From: Scyliorhinus canicula
Lineage: Eukaryota
DNA length: 64,000 nt
Assembly (NCBI RefSeq): GCF_902713615.1
Contig: NC_052154.1
Location: 65,269,652 to 65,333,651 of the forward strand
Direction of reading: 5' to 3'
Part shown: positions 26,445 through 38,686 of the stretch, piece by piece
Position numbering within the stretch: position 1 is the stretch's first letter
How the letters are laid out: every line of letters begins with the position of its first letter
Position numbers and translations under genes: made by a program
Notes under the pieces: model-generated
Told to the model about the DNA's origin: nothing
Seen by the model: only the letters and a program-made list of their open reading frames with translations
The model's database searches: none

Positions 26445-27389
26445 CTGAAATAAATATACAATCATATGGACCATATTATATCCTCTGTTTGAAACACCAT
26501 TACATTTTCACCTTCAATTCAGTATGTATTATAATCGGTGTCATACACTTTTCTAATTGCAACTTCAAGTGCATTCTGAACTTAGCTGAGTGAGCCAGGA
26601 ATTAACAAAGGAACAAGCAAAATTATCAGGTCCATTAACATCCTCACAGTCAGCCAGTGTTACCATGTACACCACTGACTCATTCTCTAACTATGCAATT
26701 TCCTGAGCACAAAAGCACAGAAACAAAACTATGGCCATTTCAGGAAAAACGCTGGTTTAAGTTACTCTCCTGTGCCTCAAGACAATTAAGCAAAACAACA
26801 AGGGACTATGTTAGCCTACAATTCACTTGAAATATCTTCTTATCTCAAGAAATTACGGTCCCGTTAACAGGGCACCTGCAAATCCACATCCAACATGCTT
26901 TGGTATGTTGTTCCAAAGGGCGATAACCGAATGAAAACAAATACTTTCTGGAATCTAACCCATGTCTTTGCTGAAGGATTTTTACTTGTGCCCTCTGGTG
27001 CTAGCATCCCAATCAATATCAGCTATCCTATGTAACTGCAGTGACTCTCCCATGTCTCTCTAAAGTATATAATCCAAACTATTAAAGCCAGTCCAAAGCA
27101 ACAAACGCATGGTTATCATTCTGGATGCTCTGCTTGCACCTCCTCTAAATTCACAAATACTTTGCCTTGACAAAATCTTGGTTGCATGCCAAGAACCCAT
27201 CCCCATTTTTAATAAGAATCTTGTCCTATCTTAGCCAATCTTAGGCCATAAAGCACCCTCACCAGAACTGCAGAAGAATGAAAACCGTGTTGCTAGTACA
27301 AACCTCTCATTTCTCCCCACCCACACTATTTAGTATTCAAAATGCACTCCCAATATTGTAACAGATTTTTAAAATCTCCTATGAACTTG

Positions 27390-28740
27390 AATGAAAGACG
27401 GTGCGGTTGAAGTCACAGTGACTGGAGATAGTTGAAACACTTGATGGATTAAAATAGTGGTGGTATTAGGTTAACTGCACTGAAAAATCTTTAAGTCTCT
27501 AGGACCAGATGAGATGCACGTAAGGATACAAATGGAAGCAAGGGTGGAAATTGCAGGGGTAAGGATAAGTCCAACACTGCAGGCCAGTAGGTTTAGCTTC
27601 AGAGGTAGGCACGCTTCTAGATGTGAACATTCAGATCTAAATTAAGTCACTTGGGCAAGTTCTGGTTAATTCAGGAAAGCCAGCACAGATCTGTCACAGA
27701 TCCTTTGAGGAGCTAAAAGAGAGGGTAGTTGACGGTCATGCTATTGATGTGATGGACCTACACTTCCAGAAGACATTTGTTAAAGTGCTGCACAACAGAC
27801 TTCTGAGCAAAGAGAGCTCATGGATTAAAAAGGATAGTAGCAACACGGATACAGAATTAGCAGAGTGACAGGAAACAGAGATTGGTGGTGATTGATTGTT
27901 TTTCGAACTGGAGGAAGGTTTGTAGCAGGGTTCCCCAGATTGGTATTACGACTTCCTTTCATCTTGATCTACAGTAATGACCTAGACCAGGGGTGGGCAA
28001 ACTTTTCCGTGCAAGGGCCACATTCAGAAATTCACAATTTTAAAGGGCCGCATAGTATATTAAGTAAAATAATTACTTCACCCGGTTATGATTCTGGGCT
28101 CCTCATATAGAACATAGAACAGTACAGCACAGAACAGGCCCTTCGGCCCTCGATGTTGTGCCGAGCAATGATCACCCTACTCAAGTCAACGTATCCACCC
28201 TATACCAGTAAGTAACCCAACAGCCCCCCATTAACCTTTAAAAAAAATTTTTTTTTTAATTTTTTTATGACTTGATCTTGGTGGGCCGCATGAAGACCTT
28301 TGGCAGGCCGCATGCGGCCCGTGGGCCGTAGTTTGGCCACCCCTGACCTAGACTTTGGTGTTCAGAGCAATTTCAAAATCTGCAGATGACATAAAACTAC
28401 ACTGTGAACTGCGAGGGGCATGGTGTCAAACTTCAAACAGTCACAGACAGGTTGGTGGAATAAGTGGACAAGTGGCAGATGAAACGCAATGCGGTAGAAA
28501 AATGGATACAATTCTAAAACGAGGTGCAGGAGCAGAGCAACCCAAGGGCATACGTAAAAAATTATTGAAGGCTGTAGGACTGTTTGTGCTAGCTGTTAAA
28601 GCATATGGGATCCAGGGCTTTAAAAAGGGCATAAAATACAAAAGCGAGGTAGATATGATAAAAAGGTACAAAATACTGCTTCAGCCTCAGCTGGAATATT
28701 GCATCCAGTTCTGCGCACCAAATTTAGGAATGGTGTGACG
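27390..28740 (+). mobile_element. Degenerate CR1 RT fragment interrupted by a hAT MITE
   Basis: Remnants of DFQK.F.KV.H.RL, (F)ADD.KL and P.LEYCIQF. Confidence 0.75.
27988..28345 (+). mobile_element. hAT/Charlie-type MITE (358 bp) containing a CR1-type 3' tail
   Basis: TIRs CAGGGGTGGGCAAACT / AGTTTGGCCACCCCTG; perfect 8-bp TSD ACCTAGAC. Confidence 0.92.
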
Positions 28741-29553
28741 ACATGAAATTGCACTTAACTACTTATATTTTCCCTGCAAGACTTTTATTCTACTGTCCCA
28801 ATGCAATCATCACATGGGGTGGCATGGAGTGCATACACATTATAATACACAAGGTAAACAATGTAGAAATGAGAAGGGTTCACTCTTCAGGGGTTTCCTC
28901 AATAAGGATGTGCAGCACCATTAAAGCTATCTCTCTCTTCTCAGAAGTGTGCATAGAACGGATTACAACTATAACTGTTGTCTATCACAGTAAATATTTT
29001 ATTCCTCACTGTACTAGTAAACTCAATTGACAATTTTCATTTGAGAGTTAACCACTAAGCATCAATCTAGAATTTAACCATTATCTAATTATATTCTCAG
29101 CATGTTTACCCATTTTAAAGATTTAAAAAACAAGAAATAAAATGCTGGTATCATCAAAAATGACCATGAAGCTGTCAGATTGCCATAAAGACATAACTGT
29201 TTAACTGCCATCACTTAGAGAAAAAAATCTGCGATCCTTATCTAATCTGGTTAATAGGTGACTCCAGCCCCAACAGCCCATTGAAGTGGCGTAGCTAGGC
29301 ACCAGCTGTTCAAGAAGACAGTCCCACCACCACCTCAAGGTAACTAGAGATAGACAATCTATCCAAACTACATCCTGAGAATTAAAAGCAATACAAAGAT
29401 TACATTTAATTTAACTTCCAAATCCCAAGTCTTTGAAGCTATCTAATCATAAGCCAAATTTTTACATTAGTTAGCCTGCAATAATTAAATTGCATAATTA
29501 AGCAAAAGGGGCTGCAGGCATCAATCAAGTTCAATAATTGGGTTCCGTTATAA

Positions 29554-30026
29554 CAGGGGTGGGCAAACTACGGCCCACGGGCCGCCAAAGGTCTTTATGC
29601 GGCCCACCAAGATCAAGTCATTAAAAAAAAAATTTTTTTAACAATTTTTTTTAAAAAAAATTTTATTTTTTATTTTTTATAAGGTTAATGGGGGGGGGGG
29701 GGCTGTTTGGTTACTGGTAGGGTGGATACGTTGACTCGAGTAGGGTGATCATTGCTCGGCACAACATCGAGGGCCGAAGGGCCTGTTCTGTGCTGTACTG
29801 TTCTATGTTCTATATGAGGCGCCGAGAATCATAACCGGGTGAAGCGCCATTTTTGAAAAGTAGAGAAAAAGAGGGCTAAAGGCAGGATGCAGCCGGGGGA
29901 AGCGCTGAGGTATATGCCACACGCTAATTAGTTACAACCGGGACTATTAATTAATATACTATGCGGCCCTTTAAATTTGTGAATTTCTGAATGTGGCCCT
30001 TGCACGGAAAAGTTTGCCGACCCCTG
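29554..30026 (-). mobile_element. Second copy of the same hAT MITE (473 bp), inverted relative to the first
   Basis: Same TIRs, 8-bp TSD CGTTATAA, body is the reverse complement of 27988-28345 plus extra internal sequence. Confidence 0.92.
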
Positions 30027-30517
30027 CGTTATAACATAATGCTCTTTTAATACTCAGCTGCAGAACTAATTGCTCTATCAAAACTGGGTGGTGACACAAC
30101 ATACAGCAGAAATATGTAATTACACTAACATTGTAATGTGGGCCAACAAGTAGGTTCGGCAATATTAATGCTAGAAACTTTATTCCAATTCCACCTGGTC
30201 GTTGGATTTTTTTTCACGGAGTATTAATAAATCACACCCATAAAATGAGACATAAACCGTAAAATGGTGAAGTTCCAAGGTCAATGCAAGACTATTGTGC
30301 AAGCAACTTTTCAATATTTCCGTACCAGCCTCCCCGGACAGGCGCCAGAATGTGGCGACTAGGGGCTTTTCACAGTAACTTCACTTGAAGCCTACTCGTG
30401 ACAATAAGCGATTTTCATTTCATTTTTCAATATTTATATGGCGAGTACACCAAAAATGCCTCAAATTAACTATCAAGTAATACTAACATGAATTTGAGCT
30501 TATTATATAATTATTAC

Positions 30518-30590
30518 CCAACTATTGTGGTGACATCTGGGAGTCTCGTGCTCTTTTCATGTAGTTCCACTTGTTCATGTTCTTGAGTTT
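30518..30590 (-). CDS. CENPT: CENP-T exon, module 1 short exon (73 nt, phase 1 to 2): ETQEHEQVELHEKSTRLPDVTTIVG
   Basis: Acceptor caattcctag, donor GTAATA. Same length, phase and 3' end as the exon at 25186-25258. Confidence 0.8.
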
Positions 30591-31299
30591 CTAGGAATTG
30601 AAACAGACACTTTAGCTCACAAAAGAAATCTATTGTGGCGTTGGGGAAGCCTGATTGACATCAGTGAAATACATTCATATATACCATTTTTAAATTCACC
30701 AAACAATTTTGTTAATAATATTGAAACATGCAAACGATAAGTACAGCATGCTTGGCATTGGGGAGAAAGACCTGAGAAAAAATGATTTTGGACCTTTGGT
30801 TCCCAAAGTTTTCCAGCACCGGGATTTACCTTGATGGGGTCTGTTGCAAAATAATTGATAAAGCTTGATTGCTATTATTAGTCAACAACTCTATTATCAT
30901 TATATCATGTGACTACCGGATGGTGGAACCAAACAAAATAGACATGGGTATTGCTAGAAGGAAAATGACCATTATTCATTGCTCAACTAAACTGCAATTG
31001 TATTTTTTTTAAGAGGACAGAGGAACTGAAGTTTGGAAATAACACTTGTTGCCCATCTAACTAGAAAATTCATTGTAACAAATGGTTTTCCAGTTTAAGA
31101 CAGCTGTGAGGATCCTTGAGGGGGTGCAAGCGATTTATTTTTCACTCATTAACAGTATTGGGGCAAGGCTGGCTAGGGCAGCATTTATTGCTCATCTCTA
31201 ATTGCCCATGAGATGGTGATGGTGAGCTGCCTTCTTGAACTGCTGCAGTCCAAGCGCTGTAGGTACACCCACAGTGCTGTCAGGGAGTTCTAGAATTGG

Positions 31300-31670
31300 G
31301 GGACAGGGTGGCGTAGTGGTATTGTCGCTTGATTAGTAATCCAGAGCTCCAGGATAATGATCTGGTGATACGGGTTCAAATTCCACTACAGCAGGTGGCA
31401 GAATTTAAACTGAATATCTGGAATTAAATGTCCCATGATGACCATGAAACCATTGTTGAAAAAAAAACACATCAGTTCCACCAGTGTCCTTTAGGGAAGG
31501 AAATCTACCATCTTTAACTGGTCTGGCCTACATGTGACCCCAGAGCCACAGCAATGTGGTTGACTTCTAAGTATCCTGTGAAATGGCCCAGTAAGCCACT
31601 CAGTTGTATTCAACCGCTACAAAAACACAAAAAAGGAATGAAACCGGTCAGACCACCCGACATTGACCTA
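31300..31670 (+). mobile_element. tRNA-derived SINE (second family); a truncated relative lies at ~29140-29380
   Basis: ggtggcgtagtggt A box, gggttcaaattcc B box, shared gaccatgaa...tggtctggcctacatgtgac body. Confidence 0.65.
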
Positions 31671-31679
31671 GGCACTATT

Positions 31680-34020
31680 CACATTGTCCTCCACCTCCGG
31701 GAAGAACCTGCTCATTCAAGTTCTAGTCTGGTGTGTTCTGTGTACCACTTTCAATTGCATGAGGTTTATGCGCATGAGGAGGTGGAGCTGGCCCTGTTCA
31801 GTGCTTCACTCCAGAGTCCCCACCCTAGTTCCATCCTCAGTACTTCCTCCCATTTTTGCAGTGTTTCGTCCAGTGGGGAGCATGACCTTTGTAATCATCA
31901 TCTGTACAGCACCCCGCAGTTTTCCTTCCCAGATTACCCGCGTCCAGTAGCTCCTCCACATTATGTGTCTCGGGCTCCGTTGATCTGCTGTCATCTCCTT
32001 GCGAAGAAACTTCTTAACCTGTAAGTGTTGAAGTTCGTTCCCAGCAGGTAGCTGCAGACTCCGTCAGTTCCGCAAAGGTCGCTAGCCTGCGCTCTGAAAA
32101 CAAGTCCCTAACAGTCAGTGACCCCCCCCCCCCCCCCCCAATCCTGTCTCCACCTCTTAAAGATGGCAACTAGCAAGGTTGGTGTGAACTTGTGGTTGCC
32201 ACAGATGGGGACTATGGTGGACATCTCAGTCAAGCCGAAGTGCTGCCTCATCTGGTTCCAGTTTCGGAGGGTGGATACTACCACTGGGCCCGTTGAGTGA
32301 TTTAAATAATTAATTATCTTTATTGTCACAAGTAGGCTTACATTAACACTGCAATGAAGTTACTGTGAAAAGCCCCTAGTCAGCACATTCCAGTGTCTGT
32401 TCAGGTACACAGGGAGAATTCAGAATTCTCAGCTGGTACGGTAATTGAATCCACGCTGCTGGCCTTGTTCTGCATCACAAACCAGCTGTCTAGCCCATTG
32501 AGTTAAACCAGCCCCGAGTTACTGTGAAAAGCCCCCACATGTGAAAAGTCGCCACATTCCACCGCCTGTTCGAATGCATCGAGGGAGAATTCAGAATTCT
32601 CAGCTGGTACGCGAATTGAACCTGTGCTGCTGGCCTTGTTCAGCATCACAAACCAGCTGTCTAGCCCACTAAGCTAAACCACACCTTAATCGTAGACTGC
32701 GCCACCGGGCTCACCGTGTACCTACCCGGTGCCGATAGAAGCAACGCCATCACCCATGGCCCTCAGGCTGGACCTTCTACAGGACTCCTCCTCCATCCTA
32801 CCCCACTCTAACACTCTCCTGCCCACCACCTGCTCTGCATTCGCCACCCAATAGTAATGCAACAGGTTTGGTAGAGCTAACCCTGCTTTCTGCCTCTGCA
32901 ACAGGGCTCTCTTTCCCCTAGGTACCTTCCCCGGCCATATAAATTCCAAAATCGCTGTATCCAGTTTCCGGAAAAAGGCCTTCGGGGTGAAAATTAGGAG
33001 CATCTGGAATACAAACCGGAACCTTTTGCAGAATGTTCATTTCAACCACCTGGACCCTCCACGCTAGTGTCAGTTGTAGCGTGTCCCATCTACTAAAGTT
33101 CCCCCAACCTCCTCCACCAACGTTGTCAGGTTCCACCTGTGCATTGTCGACCACTGCCCCATCACCTAGACCCCCAGATACCTGAACCTATCCCTGGCTA
33201 CCCTAAATGGCAACGCTCCTAAATAGGCTCCCTGACGCACCACATTCACTAGAAACACCTCATTCTTTCCGACATTAAACTTATAACTCAAGGCGGCCCT
33301 GGACCTCTCTAATATGTCCATAATTCTCCTCATACTCTCCAATGGGTTTGACACAAATAGCAGCAGGACGAGCGACATCTGGTGTTCCCTACCCCCCTCA
33401 CAATTCCCTGCCACTCTACTGAACCCCCCCCCACACAACAAGGACTCTATCACCAGCGCGGAAAATGGCAACAGCGGACACCACTACCTCATTCTCCTGT
33501 GTAACCCAAAACTCTGTGAACTCATTTAATTTGTCCATATACTTGCCACTGGGGCGACATACAACAGATGCACCCACGCCACAAGCCTTGGTCCAAACCA
33601 AAACTTTCCCAGAATCACAAACAGGTACCGCCACTCCACCCGGTTGAAAACCTTCTCCGGGTTCAGAGACCACCACCTCCTGTATCTGCCCCTTCGACGG
33701 GGTCATGATCAAGTTTAAAAGCCGCTTGATGTTACAGGAAAGCGGCCTGCCCTTTACAAAATCCGTTTGGTCCTCTGCGACCACCCCCCAGAACGCCCTG
33801 CCATTAACTTGGCCAACATTTTCACATCTGTGTTTGGCAGTGAAATGGACCTATATGACCCACACTCCAACAGGTCCTTCCCCCTTCTTCAGGATTATCG
33901 TGATCAATGCCTGGGTCAGTGTCACCAGTAGCTCCCCTTCGCCAGCGCCTCACTAAACATCTCCAGCAAATGTGGTACCAACTCCGTCGCAAACTCTTCA
34001 TAGAATTCCGCCAAAAGCCC
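31680..34020 (-). mobile_element. Fragmented L1 ORF2 (RT and C-terminus), interrupted by tandem SINE copies at ~32305-32680
   Basis: EDQT.FVKGR, FRYLGV and LALPNLLHYYW motifs in track ORFs. Confidence 0.82.
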
Positions 34021-35231
34021 TGGTTCATTACCAAGTACCAAATCCAATATGGCCTCCCCTCTGGTTGGACAATCTACATACTGTGTCAGAAAAGCTTCCT
34101 GGACACACTGCACAAAAACCACCCCATCCAAACTATTTGATCTAAAGAGTTTCCATTCAATATTTGGGAAGTTGAAATCACCCATGACTACTACTCTGTG
34201 ACTTCTGCACATTTCCAAAATCTGTTTCCCAATCTGTTCCTCCACATCTCCGCTACTATTGTGGGGCCTATAGAAAACTCCCAACAAGATGACTGCTCTT
34301 TTTCTATTTCTGACATCAACCCATACTACCTCAGTGGGCAGATCCTCCTCGAACTGCCTTTCTGCAGCTGTTATACTATCTCTAATTAACAATGCAACCC
34401 CCCCCCACCTCTTTTTCCATCCTCCCCAATTTTATTGAAACATCGATAACCAGGAACGTCCAACAACCATTTCTGCCCCTCTTCTATCCAAGTTTCCGTG
34501 AAGGCCACCACATCGTAGTCCCAAGTACCAATTCATACCCCACCTTATTCCTGATGGTTCTTGCGTTGAAGTATCCACACTTCAAACCATCTCCGTGCCT
34601 GCAAGTACTCTCCTTTGTCAGTGTTCCCTTCCCCACCGCCTCACTACACGCTTTGACGTCCTGAACATCAGCTACCTTAGTTGCTGGACTACAAATCCGG
34701 TTCCCATTCCCCTGCCAAATTAGTTTAAACCCTCCCGAAGAGTACAAGAAAACCTCCCTCCCAGGATATTGGTGCCCCTCTGGCTCGGATGCAGACCGTC
34801 CTGCTTGAACAGGTCCCACCTTCCCCAGAATGCGCTCCAATTATCCAAATACCTGAAGCCCTCCCTACTACACTATTCCTGCAGCCACGTGTTCAACTGC
34901 ACTCTCTCCCTATTCCTAGCCTCGCTATCACGTGGCACCGGCAACAAACCAGAGATGACAACTCTGTCTGTCCTGGCTTTTAACTTCCAGCCTAACTCCC
35001 TTAACTCGTTTATTACATCCACACCCCTTTTCCTACCTACGTCGTTTGTACCAATGTGCACCTCATTCTGGCTGCTCACCCTCCCCCTTAAGGATCCTGA
35101 AGACACGATCCGAGACATCCCCGGCCCTGGCACCTGGGAGGCAACATACCTTCCGGGAGTCTCGCTCGCGACCACAGAATCTCCTATCTATTCCCCTAAC
35201 CATTGAGTCTCCTATCACTATTGCTTTTCTA
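34020..35231 (-). mobile_element. CR1/HER1 LINE fragment: SGNH-esterase ORF1 end and ORF2 endonuclease
   Basis: HIGTNDVGRK...VVISGLLPVPR (ORF1); GVFYRP, VVMGDFNFP, PTRGEAILDLVL (endonuclease). Confidence 0.9.
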
Positions 35232-35457
35232 GGGGCAGCACGGTGGCACAGTGGTTAGCATTGCTGCCTACGGCGCTGAGGACCCGGGTTCGAATCCCAG
35301 CTCTGGGTCACTGTCCGTGAGGAGTTTGCACATTCTCCCTGTGTCTACATGGGTTTCACCCCCACAACCCAAAAGATGTGCAGGATAGGTGGATTGGCCA
35401 CGCTAAATTTCCCCTTAATTGTAAAAAATAATTGGGTACCCAAAAAATTTTTTTTTA
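35232..35457 (+). mobile_element. HE1-like V-SINE inserted into the CR1 fragment
   Basis: Full head to tail; 15-bp TSD actattgcttttcta. Confidence 0.92.
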
Positions 35458-35762
35458 ACTATTGCTTTTCTATTCTTCCCCCTTCCCTTCTGAGTACCAG
35501 AGCCAGAGACATGCTGCTAGCCCCCCCCCCCCCTTGATAAGCCCTATGATAAGCCCTTGAGGGAATAAACCTGAAGTGAAGGGGTATCAGGGTAGAGAAA
35601 TGAATGACTGAACTGCTTTGAAGAGAATGGACATGATTTGAAGGGCTGAATGGCCTCCTTCAGTACTGAAATAGTCTCTGTGGCTCTTTAGAGGAAATAG
35701 TTTTGACCCAACAAATTCTCAACAATTTGATCACATCTCGCTAAGTCCGTATGCACACATAC

Positions 35763-35896
35763 CTGCTGAATGTTGGAGTCTTTGTTGTCTTGCCTTTTCA
35801 AACTCTGAAACACTTATCTTCTTTAGTTTGCGAACTTTACGGTCGCTGGACAACTTTTCCTCTGGGGTATCTTCTGCTGGCAAACTTAAACCAAAG
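35763..35896 (-). CDS. CENPT: CENP-T exon (134 nt, phase 2 to 1): SFGLSLPAEDTPEEKLSSDRKVRKLKKISVSEFEKARQQRLQHSA
   Basis: Parallels human GSLELQLP...RRKQRLRLSVFQQGV. Acceptor ttcactaatgacag, donor GTATGT. Confidence 0.85.
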
Positions 35897-36329
35897 CTGT
35901 CATTAGTGAAGAAAACATGAATCATTTATACAAGATGCGTTATCAGTCTGTTGCACACATTTTAACCTTTCTGCAGAATGACATTTAAAATTCTGATTGT
36001 TATTGAGCATCATCAATGACAATGCAGCGCAACCAGTGCGGAATTGCGCCACCTAGAACAGAACTGAAAAGTACCATGATTCTCAGCCTATGCCCATCTG
36101 GGGTGCTTCCAGTCTAAGTAAAAATAATTACCAGGGTTTTCACTCCTTAACCCTATCCAGTGATCCTAATTTAAAAGTGTGTGCAGGCAAACGAGAGATG
36201 AAAGCATAACCAGGTTTGCCTGTGGTGCTTCATATGGTTAAATAGCTTGTAAATACTAATGGCATTGGACGACATAGGAATGAAGACAATTTAAGTGATG
36301 CCTGTACCTTTAAAAACATTATTCTGTGG

Positions 36330-36705
36330 GGAAACACTTCAATTTCCAGGATGTCCCAACTTTCTTTACAGCCAACAAATTACTGTTGAGGTATAGTTGT
36401 AATGTCGGAAATGTGGAGACAATACAAGCCCCTGCTGACAGCAATATAATCTGTTTTTATGTATTGATTGAGGGGTAAACAATGACGATAATACCAAGGA
36501 TAATTCCATTGGTCTTATTTCAAATGGGATCTTTTATGGCACCTTTGGAGAGCAGAAGCCTCAGCTTACTAGCTCATCCAACAACGCAGCACTCGGGCTG
36601 GAGCATCAGTCTCAATTTTGTTCTCAAGTCCTGGAGTGGGACTTAACTCCGCAACCTTTGAATTCAGAGGCAATGGTGCCTCCCAGCGGAGTCACAGCTG
36701 GCAAT
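36330..36705 (-). mobile_element. Old Deu-domain SINE
   Basis: Reverse-complement similarity to 5560-6330 (head ...cccactccagga; Deu core). Confidence 0.55.
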
Positions 36706-36741
36706 TTAGCACTGTGGCTTGGGGAGAAGCAGACAATCCAT

Positions 36742-36971
36742 TAAAAAAAATAAAAAAATTTAGAGTACCCAATTCATTTTTCCAATTAAGGGGCAATTTA
36801 GCGTGGCCAATCCACCTACCCTGCACATCTTTGGGTTGTGGGGGCGAAACCCACGCAAACATGGGGAGAATGTGCTAACTCCACGTGGATAGTGACCCAG
36901 AATCGCGATCATACCTGGGACCTAGGTGCCGTGAGGCAGCAATGCTTACCACTGTGCCATCATGCTGCCCT
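36742..36971 (-). mobile_element. HE1-like V-SINE
   Basis: Full copy; flanking repeat gacaatccat. Confidence 0.9.
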
Positions 36972-37035
36972 GCTTTTCTGACAATCCATATCAGGAGTTA
37001 GGCTCTACATATTCTTACTTCATTAATTTATATAC

Positions 37036-37129
37036 CTGCCAGATGACAATTTTTTCGTGGGCTGAGATTTCTTTTGCATGGGCGTTTTCATTTTGGGATT
37101 CACAACCTTAACCAAGGAGGATTCCAGCT
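37036..37129 (-). CDS. CENPT: CENP-T exon (94 nt, phase 1 to 2): ELESSLVKVVNPKMKTPMQKKSQPTKKLSSG
   Basis: Acceptor tttcttaacag, donor GTATAT. QT-ELESSL parallels human LT-APESSIL. Phases fit both neighbours. Confidence 0.85.
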
Positions 37130-37734
37130 CTGTTAAGAAAGCAGAAAGTTTGTTCAAGAATTTAGAAGCTTAATCGTACTAAAGTATGAAATAGCTGTGA
37201 GCAAGTAATGCTCTGATGGGTGATTTGGTGTCTCCTCCAATAATTCAGCTGATATAACCAGCAACTGAACCAGACAGACCAGATTAGATGTACAGAGTTA
37301 GGAAATCCGAGAATTATAACAATTCTCTGAGCTATTGGATTTGGTAAATCTGCAAGACTTCCTCCTCCCAATCCTATCCAGTGGCCTTGAATGGGCATCA
37401 GTGGACATGAAGTCAGGACATGATGACACTTGACCCTGATATCGCACCATAGTTAAACAATTAGCCAATATTCAACATTTCAATTCACACACTAATTGCC
37501 ACTTAGGTGTGATGCTGAAACCCGACTGTACCCGTGCACAGCTCCTTCCAAACACATTCAAGCTGCGATACAAACTTATCAAATTCCAACTATTTGTAAT
37601 AAGATTTCTAGATATTGACATTGTTCCTTTTTCCACTTTACGGATTTACGTGTAGCATCCTTACATTGAACAGTGCATGGAAATATATATGCCGTCTATA
37701 AATATAACTGTAAGAATGTGCTATTGCTACCCAC

Positions 37735-37876
37735 CAGTCTGCATGAATTTCTTCAGAAGATTTCTTGGTGTGTATTCATCTAAAGCCTCCGGCGGGATTG
37801 CTTCCACAGTTTTTGCTTTCCTTGGTGCCGAAGAATTCTTTCCAGTTGAATGAATTTTAGAAGATCCAGCAGTCTC
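37735..37876 (-). CDS. CENPT: CENP-T exon (142 nt, phase 0 to 1) with the TPRxLL motif: ...LDEYTPRNLLKKFMQT
   Basis: Resembles human CENP-T EEQTPRTLLKNILLT (CDK-site/Ndc80-binding motif). Acceptor tttctttttgggtgaag, donor GTGGGT. Confidence 0.85.
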
Positions 37877-38686
37877 CTTCACCCAAAAAGAAAGTTTCCT
37901 TATTAATGAAAAGAACTTGGAGGATAGCCAGATATTTTTCTCATTATCAGTATTAACAGGCATTCCAAATGCAACTTTATATGCAGGTTCAATGTAACAT
38001 TGCATAGCTTTGGACAGAATCCATATTACTATAATTAGTCACTGGAATTGGCACAATCACATTTGTACTATGCTCACCTTTTTAAAATTATTTTTCACAG
38101 GATGTGGCTACTGCTGGCTAGGCCCATCTCTAATGACCCGACAGTTAGTGGGAGGATGAACACTATCAGACTATATCCATTTAGGCTACAAATTATGAAT
38201 TATGGTTATTAAATAAAGCAACTTTCATAGCCTCAGGATATCCCAAAGCATTTTACACAAATGTTGTCTGGTCAGGGAAGACCTGCAAGAAATATGGGTT
38301 TTCATATATTTTTCCTTGTACTATGAAATTTTAAGTACTGTACTTTTTAAATATTTGTGCAGACTTTTGGTCAGCAATTTATTAACCATTAGATAGTGTT
38401 CTCATGAGAGATTGCTGCTTGCATTGATTAGGTTAGGCATAAACAAAGGATAGTTAGGGATAACACGTTGTATGAAACTGGATATGTACAGAGACAAAGA
38501 ATAAGAAGTTAGAACAATTCATAATGATTAAGTTAAAGAATTGAGGAAACAGCTTAAAATGATTGAGTCCATCTAGGAAATATATAGTTTAACAGTAAAA
38601 GTCAAGAAAAGGACAATTCAAAATTACACGGTTGTTTGGATATTTTTGATTGCATTGCTAAACTCTGATTATAATTGTGTTACCAA

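Noticed and set aside
35232-35310. tRNA-like sequences at SINE heads (also at 59546 and others)
   Set aside because: They have A/B boxes but run into V-domain SINE bodies with TSDs, so they are not tRNA genes.
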